From the IMG/VR virus record IMGVR_UViG_3300033407_000913, positions 1 to 35,466 of that record: 35,466 bases of DNA. One strand, 5' to 3'. This stretch comes from a virus. Its lineage: Duplodnaviria; Caudoviricetes. Positions within the stretch are counted from its first letter, which is position 1. Every line of letters starts with the position of its first letter. This document shows, in pieces, positions 16,001-22,126 of this stretch. The notes beneath the pieces were generated by a model, which was not told the origin of the DNA, did no database searches, and was given only the letters and a program-made list of their open reading frames with translations. Position numbers and translations under genes: made by a program.

Positions 16001-17930
16001 CGCTCGGTGGCATGGCAGGGGATGGGGCGGGCGGCCTGACGCCCGCCCCACGAGGAGGAACGCCCCCCTCGCTTGGTAGCTCTGGCGCTCCGGTCGTTTC
16101 CTCAACGTCCGGTAATAGATATTCTGTTGCTTTGGAAATTGTACGCTCTTGCTGAACACCCGCTACCGGTGGTGGTGGCGGGAAATAAGTTGCCGAAACC
16201 GGTGGTATCTCTTCCGTTCCCGGCGGCGGCGGTGCGGGTCTGGGTCGCGGCGTCTCGCGGAAGGCGTCTTTGGCCATCTCCGCAATCTGGCGGAGACGCT
16301 TTGGTTCCGGGGCCAGTGCGGCAGCACCCAGCGCCGCCCCCGGCGGGAGCATGAACCCGGCGAATTCAGCGGAAAGCTGATTCCAGCCCGGCCAGATCGG
16401 CTGCTGTTGCAGGGTGCTCGCGCCTCCCGCCGCTTCAATCGTCGCCTTGGCCGTCGATTCCATCAGCGTCGCGACCCGTTCCTCGCCGATCTCCTCGAAC
16501 GCATTGTTGACCCCGACCTCGCGCAGGTGGGCCCAGGCCACCTGAAACGTCGCGTACTTGCCGGGAAATCGGTTGACCAACTCGGCGGCCAGAGCGGTGC
16601 GCGTGCGGGCGATCCATTCACCGGAGCGCTCCAGCGGAACCGCGATCACCCGGGCCACGGGAAGCTTGGCGCCCCATTTGGCCAGGGCCATGCCCGCCCG
16701 CCCTACATTGGTGGCCGCGATGCCCAGGGCTTTTCCGGTGTATTCGCTGTACACCTGGATCACCGCGTTGATCGAGGAGTCGCGGAGGGCGCCCATGAAC
16801 GGCTGCCCGGATTCGGTGACCGCCGCGGCCAGGGCCTCGTCGTCTCCGGGCTGCACTTGGTAGCGGGGCAGCATGCGCCGGACGGTGTCTACGCCGGTCT
16901 GAAGAGCGATCGTGGGAATACCCCGCTGGACCGTCTCCGCTGCCGCATGTGTCAGGACGCGGGGGATGGTCTGTGTCGCCCCTTTCGCCGCCAGCTTCGT
17001 GAGGGCCTCCGCAGCGGCCTTGCTGAGCGTCTTACCTCCCACCCTCGCGGCTGCCGCTTTCGCCCCTTTTGCGACCAGACGGCCGACGCCCCCGCCCAGG
17101 GCCAACTCGCCCATGAAGGGGATGCTCTCCGCGGGAATGCTCGCCACGGTCCCGCCCCAGGTCTTGCCCCGGCTTTCGCGGGCGATGCGCTCCTGGAGCC
17201 CGGTCAGAACCTCAAAGTCGTCCGCGGTCCCCTCCCCCCGCGTCGTCCGCCCCAACGCCCGGTGGACCTTGACCAGTTCGGCCCCGGTCAGCGCATGCTC
17301 CACGTAAGGCAGCTTCTCCACCAGGCCGCGCACCGTCCCGAATTCCCGGCTAGTAACCTGGGTAAACGTTTCCGGTCCGGGTAGCTGGGTAAGCGGTTCG
17401 AGTCCGTAGCCCCGTCGAAAGACGTTTAGGAAACGGCGTTTCCCTTCTTCACTTTCCAGTTGCGCAAAGTAGGGATGTTCGCGGGCTTCGATCTCCGCCT
17501 GGGCCGCGAACGCACGCTCCGCGATCTGTTCCTCGCGCGTTTTTTTGGGCGGACCGCCGGTGAGGGTCTCGACCAGAGACCGCCCCATGCGTTTGAGCAG
17601 GCCGGGTTTTTCGGTGGCGGGACCGACCGGCGTGGGCGGTTCGGACGGTGTTCGGTAGGGTACGGTGCGCGCAGGCGGCCAGGGCGGCGGTGCGGCCGGG
17701 GTGGGTCCGCGGAAATCCGCCGGCGCCTGGTCGCCGCGCCCGAAGAATCCGTCGAGCATCCCCTCGTGGCTTCCGCCCAGAGGTTCCAGGGGGCGGATGG
17801 AACGCACCAGTTCTCCGACGGGTGCACGGTGGCCGTTGAGCGGGTTGATCGACTCAACCAGGGAACCCGGCGGGTAGCCGTGTTCGCGGGCGATGCTTTC
17901 TCCCGCCAGCTCCAGGAGGGGATCGGGCAC
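6861..17930 (-). CDS. Giant DarB-like polyvalent protein: N6-adenine methyltransferase + SF2 (SNF2-like) helicase with large N- and C-terminal extensions
   Basis: 3689 aa; GGAGG RBS. MTase motif I LEPSAGVGHF (14229-14258) and motif IV NVPF (14049-14060). Walker A AVGGGKT (12207-12227), DEAH (11721-11732), TGTP, GEGINAQ, motif VI QMVGRVVRSGN. Located right after the ejection genes. Confidence 0.92.
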   Translation of the reverse strand: MPDPLLELAGESIAREHGYPPGSLVESINPLNGHRAPVGELVRSIRPLEPLGGSHEGMLDGFFGRGDQAPADFRGPTPAAPPPWPPARTVPYRTPSEPPTPVGPATEKPGLLKRMGRSLVETLTGGPPKKTREEQIAERAFAAQAEIEAREHPYFAQLESEEGKRRFLNVFRRGYGLEPLTQLPGPETFTQVTSREFGTVRGLVEKLPYVEHALTGAELVKVHRALGRTTRGEGTADDFEVLTGLQERIARESRGKTWGGTVASIPAESIPFMGELALGGGVGRLVAKGAKAAAARVGGKTLSKAAAEALTKLAAKGATQTIPRVLTHAAAETVQRGIPTIALQTGVDTVRRMLPRYQVQPGDDEALAAAVTESGQPFMGALRDSSINAVIQVYSEYTGKALGIAATNVGRAGMALAKWGAKLPVARVIAVPLERSGEWIARTRTALAAELVNRFPGKYATFQVAWAHLREVGVNNAFEEIGEERVATLMESTAKATIEAAGGASTLQQQPIWPGWNQLSAEFAGFMLPPGAALGAAALAPEPKRLRQIAEMAKDAFRETPRPRPAPPPPGTEEIPPVSATYFPPPPPVAGVQQERTISKATEYLLPDVEETTGAPELPSEGGVPPRGAGVRPPAPSPAMPPSGAESLVQTIPAQGERDAVEEGMRPQDRFEERPGDEKGLAPAGPGGGRGAERLPTEAQEKEISPETGTEAQRHRGTEISLPSSRRIRVRAEDLNPGDRIPGLARTPVVVDSVETTPEGARVTDVHGWEWDLEKRDFYVDRPETPRETEEAIRETEGAIPETEGAIRETSREEVGLRPPPGTAPDDQGAGTGEAGAVGVAGVTKKVDAAGDTGPVASAIVRLAGGFVRSLRPDEQVSDADAMASHEPWAEAMYNVLTAPRFADLPEKMRSLLYPQNRKTRALYERLTGRKLPRSLRATIRFLEELPPALPDSGQLHAALNQWEGITQTAAQSSTKSPKPTTIKQETDLERPTEQPVERRRGEEPAEQPGAGGGARAEGQPAEAAPGAEGGGPRAPVGVGETARGGKGDRGAGVQGGAGRGSLRTGGEPVSRPARGAVGVEGAEEKLPAHTAEKGGLTDYVVRDPDDLFAAGKNPAKTIFRRNVEAIRLVKRLKEEGRAATAKERDILSRYQGWGSVPQPFDPGAAWDRATGWHDEYETLEELLSDEEWKAARQSTQNAMYTPPAIISALWETLERMGFSGGAVLEPSAGVGHFLGLQPLHLADASRRVAVEKDDTSAAILHALYPASDIRHSPFENALLPKNYFDVAVGNVPFGDLLIHDRRYPKWLRRRIHDYFFVRALDLVRPGGLAVFISSKGSMDKLDGRVRAYIAARADLLGAVRLNEDSLPGTKVTADILFLRKRAEGEPAGGEAWLESKPYAALPGKHINEYFQTHPEMVLGEIKPGSRHAGGEEGATATIVAAREGFDLATDLRAALATLPGDVFGRREAELATLDTIAASIPTPDGLPQGTYFVREGQLRRAGRKGEASEEVESSIRADRGDKAVERLKGLIGLRDRLLELLRASIDPAGDERLPGLQKSLNDEYDRLGRRGVTPIHASANAELLADDPLTLSLLGSIEEYDRKTKKAAKGDVFTRRILEAYRRPTSAATAADALSISLDEFNRIDLRRIAELLNTDEDGARGRLIREGAAFPLPAGEVVSTADYLSGNVRAKLEEARALLKVDKATYQGNVDALVAVQPADLPASRIRAVLGAPWIPAETIEDFLVSLIGQGAARSVSVRRSPATGRWTVSAPHYANDRWGTRDYSPGELLADALNMKTPKVTDKTPDGAVFTDQAASDAARSKLEEIRAHFETWIWSHAHWGPKLLADYNEQHHNWVPTKYDGGHLTLPGSNPSITLRGYQKDGVYRVLSSPHNTLIYTAVGGGKTFTATAAAMEVIRLGLARKVVVVVARKTLNQFIKQARQLYPGGRFVALSTKDLAGKARGRTLARVALAEKTVFILPHEQFKALPVSEATLEEFYGEAISDLEDAIGEGAKDDSKAGKRSVKQMEKMRDNLRAQLQDRVGAVRKLDVLPFEELGLDWIIYDEAHKGKNLQYTTQMENIRGLGPREGNQITLDLYMKARYVSRLQNGRGVTFLTGTPVNNSISEIYAMMRYLIPDVLKSEQIASFDDWVRWFAVGAPDLERVAGRYKMVTRLRRFQNLRGLHALWDKIAHPTPQEELDRVLLSKEGGVPVVRENSEGKRTFELVVLPVSAAQRKYQKVIAGRVEAIRARGGRPPQPGDDIMLTVIGDEKKAALDMRLIYPDLPEEPGGKLAAAAEKVIEIYKETAAERLTQMVFLDLGNPGSRMPFSTYQDFIGKLVAGGVAARDIATIYDAKDNDAAVEALLAAFNRGDIRVLIGSKKKMGEGINAQERAVALHQLEPAWEPGTLTQMVGRVVRSGNRNREVRLYRYVTKGMSDEFMYSLLAAKQKVNNDFLSGRIDADEIEDVDLHTMAFQMAMAESSENKAVLEWTKAEHELRRLQGEARYHRDTQLALRSKEALLKSEAGRLAALIAPGRKFVEWVAKLEPAVPFVMQVGQETYQRHGEAGTALFKASAAFQEKETRTVGAFRGLRVTLARDIAWASREQRLALGIEFPPDAAAHEKFAKDVGLPLRRVLTWSASQEPTAGQLRSWVTGFAHALDEVTGEGWARDLAQNKEKLAEVRTEIGRPFARQEEMERLAARVSAMSNQIAAAAEQNANQGDGHVAELGAEDADVEEPREGGEGEGGGAAGDTPWFGPRQESLLPEHLTPEEREWMRQNWHRPLLGMGAMSGGMPGPTTVRQKLWSAYARNWDRIAARLKHMKTPAGQRYMDSIARLLWGAEWKIEGNREFLLDDLRGGKGTQRRLAEDMAGALAGVLSEKRATQIGKPWPPDAWQMIRQTAIAVMEGGHRSPDTLPRDIAEAWDQHVKPLRDAEGETVPRRISPLLGREEHDEALGRQMAVVDEALTAARKTGRYVVRRMPLTAWDAFTATEHRLLIDVARGKRDWGLLSDDLKAWVAAYKSASNALTDEILKDPMLLKAAKSGGLVNWEQIVRMRRESGRAFLTSRYHMHRDDAGEHSFGPLTFSTELAAPRIPIGMLREKRADNLWTVTLARGQVMQFSDEQSAIEFAENERLRWHEYFGESVKERVRVKKPFSAKQVEWLGPVEDIGLLAVASLTHMRAFIDGVRVFHQLAQTEAMEEVAYLELPEEEKHHWRRLDANPGLGPLADKYVSEELFYNLNEFRLTMNGLLAGSWRALLTAFRSAHVVYNPATWFRQIYGQHYFWTLLGMNPYTHRDLFIDAFRRVLGGLEDSTYRRLSRMNAMHGGYDREKLRKSILPMLDTPTTDVMAVLARLVEAAKEGARIAGRGYGLLDEVSVMAVWIHDVEQQGHPESFARDRFKYLQNYSKLGIAARFLRNFPLGDPFVAFSDQALKITAKGMREHPGRVLAFYAFPYVLNAVTRLVFGVTDDEMAILNTDRQRHTWADRYFQPVAFRDGRGRVRTLDLRWIFPLANDFRVATGPGGFGVPFLLNQPLARPLLEVMFNRSEWTGRDLSSSSEGLALWEAASHVAWQSAPIPSLGQRGALRLYRAVRGESDEEFIPVLLKEVFGISITRRYATKAEAYRLVRRALGEQAAQRAGRLIEYYNRYRWERAGPITRSGVESSIRSAARSRSAAAPVVAGPRR
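14696..14965 (-). CDS. Nested out-of-frame gene, TnpV-like small helical protein
   Basis: TTG with AGGAG 7 nt upstream. LGREAVRVLRDSRPKLHRELKEAGRV...EAYEQVASQYLDLPEE resembles the TnpV-type pattern YGRxxxxxLKExRPxxYxEL..GxL...AEExV. Confidence 0.7.
   Translation of the reverse strand: MSDQPNSPSNDEEAKSRLNNLGREAVRVLRDSRPKLHRELKEAGRVHLWAWEKQRAAARAIGELVSRGVPGEEAYEQVASQYLDLPEEQ
14983..15011 (-). promoter_or_regulatory. Internal sigma70-type promoter for the nested gene
   Basis: TCGACT-N17-TACGAT directly upstream of TAAACAGGAG, in a locally AT-rich patch. Confidence 0.5.
15502..15572. repeat. 21-bp in-frame coding repeat (RETEEAI/RETEGAI/PETEGAI/RET)
   Basis: Visible in both DNA and translation of the giant ORF. 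Confidence 0.85.
15774..15805. repeat. (CTCTGTGC)4 octamer repeat inside the giant ORF
   Basis: Four perfect 8-mers. Confidence 0.95.
15818..15955 (-). CDS. Nested out-of-frame gene, 45-aa basic MPLKKG-type phage protein
   Basis: ATG with AAGGAG 6 nt upstream. MPLKKGCDRKTVSKNVREMKKAWRPQDQAVAAALS matches the pattern of a common small phage protein (MPLKKGxSxKTISxNI..M..GxPQxQAVAIALS). Confidence 0.75.
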   Translation of the reverse strand: MPLKKGCDRKTVSKNVREMKKAWRPQDQAVAAALSGCPPKPKKKK

Positions 17931-17936
17931 GTTGCG

Positions 17937-19196
17937 TCACCCTCCGTTCCGCGTCCCCTGGGCGGCGCTCAGCTCCTCAGGCGTGAACAACAGACGCAGA
18001 TACTCGTCGGCCTTCCGCGCCCCCTGGCTCCGCGGGGATTCCACCGCCGGCGCCGGACCCCTGCCCCTAAAAAGGTAGTCGAACATCGATTTCTGCTCCG
18101 GCTGAGGATCGAATTGCCCCGCTTCCCACGCCCCTCGAATCTCCTGCGGCGTCTTCCACGGGGCCTTTTGGCGAAGGAGTTTGCGCAAGAGTTCCCCTTG
18201 GCGACTGCTCGCCGTGCTCATCCGCGTTTGCACGAACTGGGCGAGGCGCTCGAAGGCCTGGACCGGGTCGGTGTCCCACAGGGGATGGTTGGCCCAGCCG
18301 GGCGTGCCCAGGGCGGCGTCGCCGTACAGGTCGCGGTCCAGGCTGCCCTTGTCCAGCAGGGATTCCTCGGCCTTGGGTCGCCGTTTTTCAGCGGCCAGCT
18401 CGCCGAGAATGTCCCGCGAGGGTTTCCCCTCGGCCTTCATCTCGGCGATGGCTTCGGCGGTCAGTCGCCCCATCGGATCGGCCATCGTCGCCCCGCCGGT
18501 CCCGCCCTTAGCCGCCCCTGCGGCGCTGGACAGGGCGCCCACCGGATCGTCCGGGTTGCGCGCGTACTCCTGGTCGAAGGCCGCCTTAAAGGCCGCGTCC
18601 TGAGGCGAAAGCTCGGTGCGGCGGCTTTGGGCCGCGATACGGGCGCCCAGCTCTTCGCGGCGTACTCCCAGCTCTTCGCGGCGTAGTCCCATCTGTTCGT
18701 CGGCCAACTGGTCCTGCCGCCCGTACCGGGCCTGCTGCTGGGCGTTCCCCACGCTGGCCTGATACGCCGCGTACCCTTGCTGCATCATGGCCCACTGCCG
18801 TTTGCTGATCTTCCGCTGATCGGCCAGATTGGGCATGAACCGTCTGAGCCACTCGGGAGGGGACAAGAGCCGCGGTGCGGCGGACGCTGCGCGCGCAGCC
18901 GCGGGGTTGGTTTGCAAGGGCGCGGCGGAGGGAGGAGGTTTCTCTCCGCCGCTCGGGAAGTCCGCAGGAGGCGGCGTTAGGCCCCCTGCCCCCGGTCGGA
19001 GGTTCGTCGGCTCATCCAGGGAAGAGCCTGATTGCCGCAGGCGATCGCGGTAGAGCACGTCGCGCTCCCGGGCCAGGGCTTGCAACGCCAGGTTCCGGGG
19101 CGCCGTCTCGTGCGCCGTATCGATCATGAAATCAGCGCCCGGCGGCCCCACGTAGTTGCTTCGCTCGGCGAGATCGAACAGTTCGTTGTTGAGCAT
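17937..19196 (-). CDS. Probable ejection/internal virion protein
   Basis: Helical, Ala/Gln/Arg-rich with a GLRREELGVRREELG repeat; GAGG RBS before ATG 19196 (alternative start 19202); position. Confidence 0.7.
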   Translation of the reverse strand: MLNNELFDLAERSNYVGPPGADFMIDTAHETAPRNLALQALARERDVLYRDRLRQSGSSLDEPTNLRPGAGGLTPPPADFPSGGEKPPPSAAPLQTNPAAARAASAAPRLLSPPEWLRRFMPNLADQRKISKRQWAMMQQGYAAYQASVGNAQQQARYGRQDQLADEQMGLRREELGVRREELGARIAAQSRRTELSPQDAAFKAAFDQEYARNPDDPVGALSSAAGAAKGGTGGATMADPMGRLTAEAIAEMKAEGKPSRDILGELAAEKRRPKAEESLLDKGSLDRDLYGDAALGTPGWANHPLWDTDPVQAFERLAQFVQTRMSTASSRQGELLRKLLRQKAPWKTPQEIRGAWEAGQFDPQPEQKSMFDYLFRGRGPAPAVESPRSQGARKADEYLRLLFTPEELSAAQGTRNGG

Positions 19197-19204
19197 GACC
19201 ATCC

Positions 19205-19711
19205 TCAGCTTCCCAGTCCCACCGCCTGTCCGGGATGGCCGCCCGCGGGCACGCTGTACGCCGCTTGGAGCCACGGATTATCCATCGTGGGCAGGAATTC
19301 CGTAGCGAAGTCCGTGAGGCTGCTGCCCAGTTGGGCCCCGCCTGCTCCGCTGCGTCCCATTGCCTGATCGATTCCACCGCCCACGCCGGCGCCCAATCCG
19401 CCACCCAGTGCCGCGCCAGCCAAAGCGCTGACCCCCATCGTGGGGGCCGCCAGCAGGCCGCCGACGATCCCCGCTCCCGTACCCGCCAGGCCGCCCCAGC
19501 TGCCTTTCTCGGCCTCCTTGGCCGCTTTCTCTTGCCGCCGCCGTTCGGCGATCGATCGCAGTATCGCGTTGAGCCGGTTGCGCTGTTGGAACTCGTGCTC
19601 ATAAGCAGCCATCTTCAGCCCCAGTCCGGTTCCGCGATCGGCCTCCGCGAATCCCGCCTGCATGGGAATGGCCTGCTGAGCGCCGGTCCAGGTTGCAGCG
19701 TGTACGCGCAT
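19205..19711 (-). CDS. Probable ejection/pilot protein with Gly-Ala hydrophobic segment
   Basis: Coiled coil followed by GGLAGTGAGIVGGLLAAPTMGVSALAGAALGGGLGAGVGG (glycine-zipper-like); position. Confidence 0.75.
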   Translation of the reverse strand: MRVHAATWTGAQQAIPMQAGFAEADRGTGLGLKMAAYEHEFQQRNRLNAILRSIAERRRQEKAAKEAEKGSWGGLAGTGAGIVGGLLAAPTMGVSALAGAALGGGLGAGVGGGIDQAMGRSGAGGAQLGSSLTDFATEFLPTMDNPWLQAAYSVPAGGHPGQAVGLGS

Positions 19712-19722
19712 GGTTTCGTTCC

Positions 19723-20745
19723 CTACGCCGCGAGGAGTTGCAGGGCCCCAAGTGTGCCGCCGATCGCCCGGGGTACGGCGCCCGACCCCTGCAAGGACAG
19801 GAACAACTCCGCCAGGTCCTGGAAGTTGAACTTCGATTCCTCTTCCATCTGCCGCAGCGCTTCATCGCGAAAGGTCGCTTCGTCCTCGGCCCGGGACTGC
19901 GCCTCGCTCAGTGCCGGCCAGACGGTGTAGTCGGTCGGCTCGAAGTCCAACCCCGCCTCCAATGCCGCGAGCGCTCCGGCCAGTTGGTTGCCCGCGTTCA
20001 AGTAGGCGGTGTCCGCCGCGTTGTAAGCCGCCGTCGTACCCGCCAGGGTGGCGAGGGCCTGGTTTTTCAGTTCCTTCTCCTGGGCGTCGATCTGGGCCCG
20101 CAATTGGGTCCCCTGGGCGTCGGCCAACACGCGGAGCGCCGATGAGTCTTCAATGGCCCCGCCGCCGCCCCACGTACCGCGTCCCGCCTGCTCGGCCTGC
20201 ATCTGGGCGTTCTGCCGGGCATACGCCTGCCCCACCGGCTGGGTGACGGCGGTGCGTTCGGTGGGACTGAAGAACGAATAGTCCGGGGAGGTGCGGCGCA
20301 TCATTTCGTCGAGCGCCCGGGCCCGACCGGGGTCGTCGGCCCAACTGGCCGCCGCCTGGTTCACGTCCCGCGCCTGGTTCTGGAGGGCCGTGCGACCCGC
20401 ACTTTGCCCGGCTAGTGTCCGTGCCTGGGCCTCCATCCTGGAGCGTTCGTTGCCGATGACCGCCGAGCGGTAATTTTCGGGGGCGGATTGGTAGACGCCG
20501 TAGAACGTGGGGGGATCGGTCATCCACTCCGGGACCTGGAGCCCTTGGTACGCTCCGACGTCCCGATCCCACGCCTGAAACGGATTTTGGGGATTGAAGC
20601 GCAGGCCCGGCGTGTCGTACCACGCCCCCTGGCCGAAGGCCGCTCGCGGCGGCGGCGCCTGATTGGTGCGCACGCTCCCCGGGTCCACGGACAGGCTGAT
20701 CGAATCGGAATTGCTTTGTCCCCAATTGCCCCAGGATAGCGCCAT
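19723..20745 (-). CDS. Probable ejection/DNA-transfer protein
   Basis: AGGAG RBS; Ala/Gln-rich helices and a QAGRGTWGGG motif typical of podophage ejection proteins; hydrophobic C-terminus. Confidence 0.7.
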   Translation of the reverse strand: MALSWGNWGQSNSDSISLSVDPGSVRTNQAPPPRAAFGQGAWYDTPGLRFNPQNPFQAWDRDVGAYQGLQVPEWMTDPPTFYGVYQSAPENYRSAVIGNERSRMEAQARTLAGQSAGRTALQNQARDVNQAAASWADDPGRARALDEMMRRTSPDYSFFSPTERTAVTQPVGQAYARQNAQMQAEQAGRGTWGGGGAIEDSSALRVLADAQGTQLRAQIDAQEKELKNQALATLAGTTAAYNAADTAYLNAGNQLAGALAALEAGLDFEPTDYTVWPALSEAQSRAEDEATFRDEALRQMEEESKFNFQDLAELFLSLQGSGAVPRAIGGTLGALQLLAA

Positions 20746-20754
20746 GTGTCGCTC

Positions 20755-21450
20755 CTACGGTGCGGCGCACTGCCAGACGCCCTCGGGCGCCTCGGCGTGC
20801 TCCAGATAGTGTCCCGTAAGGTACCCGCGCACGCAAACCGGAACCGAAGGGTGCGTCACCCCCACCGATTCGGTCACGCGGACCTGCCCGCCGCCGCCCA
20901 CGAAAGCGACGGGAAAGAAAGCCAGGTCCCCGCGGCCCCACGGCTGTCCGGCGGGAACCGATGGAATCACCTGCTCGGTGTAGGGGTCGGCCAGCCGGCG
21001 CAGTTCGAACTCGTAGAAGCTGGCGAGGCCGCGCTCGAAAAAAAGCAGCCCGTCACGCGCGGTCAACGACGGGCGGCGCCACAGGATGTCCGATCCGCCG
21101 GCGACGATGCTCTTGACGCCGGGATACGCGGCCACCGAGATGCGGTACACGGCGTCGGCGATGTGGCACTTTTCCACGGCCAGCCACAGCCCCAGGTGGG
21201 TGATCGCCGGGGCGGTGCTGATGACCACATCGGTGTGGCGTTGTTCGGCCGGCCCCAGGGTGTAGGTCCGCGCATCATCCAGGGGCATGGTCCAGGTGCG
21301 GACCGTCGCTTCGATCGGCTGGGGTGCAGCGGGCGGCAGGGCGGGCTCGGTGGCGGGAACGGCGCGGAGCAGGTCCACCACCCGCCACAGTCCGCGCAGC
21401 TCTTCTTCCAACTCCGCGGGGCCGCGATGATCGGTGAACTTCAGGGGCAC
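20755..21450 (-). CDS. Hypothetical virion protein
   Basis: GTG 21450 overlaps the upstream TAG (TAGTG); protein-like from PLKFTDHRG onward. Confidence 0.7.
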   Translation of the reverse strand: MPLKFTDHRGPAELEEELRGLWRVVDLLRAVPATEPALPPAAPQPIEATVRTWTMPLDDARTYTLGPAEQRHTDVVISTAPAITHLGLWLAVEKCHIADAVYRISVAAYPGVKSIVAGGSDILWRRPSLTARDGLLFFERGLASFYEFELRRLADPYTEQVIPSVPAGQPWGRGDLAFFPVAFVGGGGQVRVTESVGVTHPSVPVCVRGYLTGHYLEHAEAPEGVWQCAAP

Positions 21451-21647
21451 TACACGCCCACCAGAAACAAGGGGAACAGGTTCGGATTGCCGGAGGGGGG
21501 GCTCCCCCCGGCTACCCCCCCCTCGGCCGCTTCTTCCAGTGTGGGCAACGCCTCTTCGGCGAACGCGCGGAATCGCGCCTGCTGCGGCGCGGGCCTGTCC
21601 AACGTGGGCAGTTCGGGAATCGTCGATCCCAGGGCCGTTCCCAGCAT
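21450..21647 (-). CDS. Hypothetical 65-aa protein
   Basis: GGAGG RBS; starts 3 nt after the upstream stop; coupled to the downstream gene. Confidence 0.6.
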   Translation of the reverse strand: MLGTALGSTIPELPTLDRPAPQQARFRAFAEEALPTLEEAAEGGVAGGSPPSGNPNLFPLFLVGV

Positions 21648-21650
21648 GTG

Positions 21651-22109
21651 TCATTCCTCCAGGACGAACTTGAGGCGCAGCGGAATTCCCAGGACGGCTC
21701 CGATGTTGCGCAGCGCCCAGCGCGTGGCGGTGTCCAGGATAAGCATCCCGCTCTTGGTGGGCGGCGTCCAGCGCAGCCGCGCCTGCTGGTGCACGGTGAT
21801 CCATTCATGCGGCGTGGTCGTGCTCGGCTCGACGCTGTTGGTGACGAACACCGTACTGAGAATACTCCCCGAGTAGGCCGGGATTTCCTTGACCAGGTTG
21901 GCCGAGTCATCCGTGTCATAGGTCCCGTCCGCGGCCTGAATGCCGAAGTCGAATTCCAACGGGGCCGCCGCCGGCGTCGAGCCGCCCGGCTCGAACTCGA
22001 TCGCGTGGAGCAGGACCCGCCCGTTGGTGGGGACCCGGATTTGCCAGAGGCTCTTGGGGTTCACCGCGGGCGTAACCAGCAGCTTGTGGGAAAACAGCTT
22101 ATGAGCCAT
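21651..22109 (-). CDS. Small beta-rich putative virion protein
   Basis: AAGGA RBS; 152 aa; resembles the 579-1046 product. Confidence 0.75.
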   Translation of the reverse strand: MAHKLFSHKLLVTPAVNPKSLWQIRVPTNGRVLLHAIEFEPGGSTPAAAPLEFDFGIQAADGTYDTDDSANLVKEIPAYSGSILSTVFVTNSVEPSTTTPHEWITVHQQARLRWTPPTKSGMLILDTATRWALRNIGAVLGIPLRLKFVLEE

Positions 22110-22126
22110 GAGTCGAGTCCTTTCAA

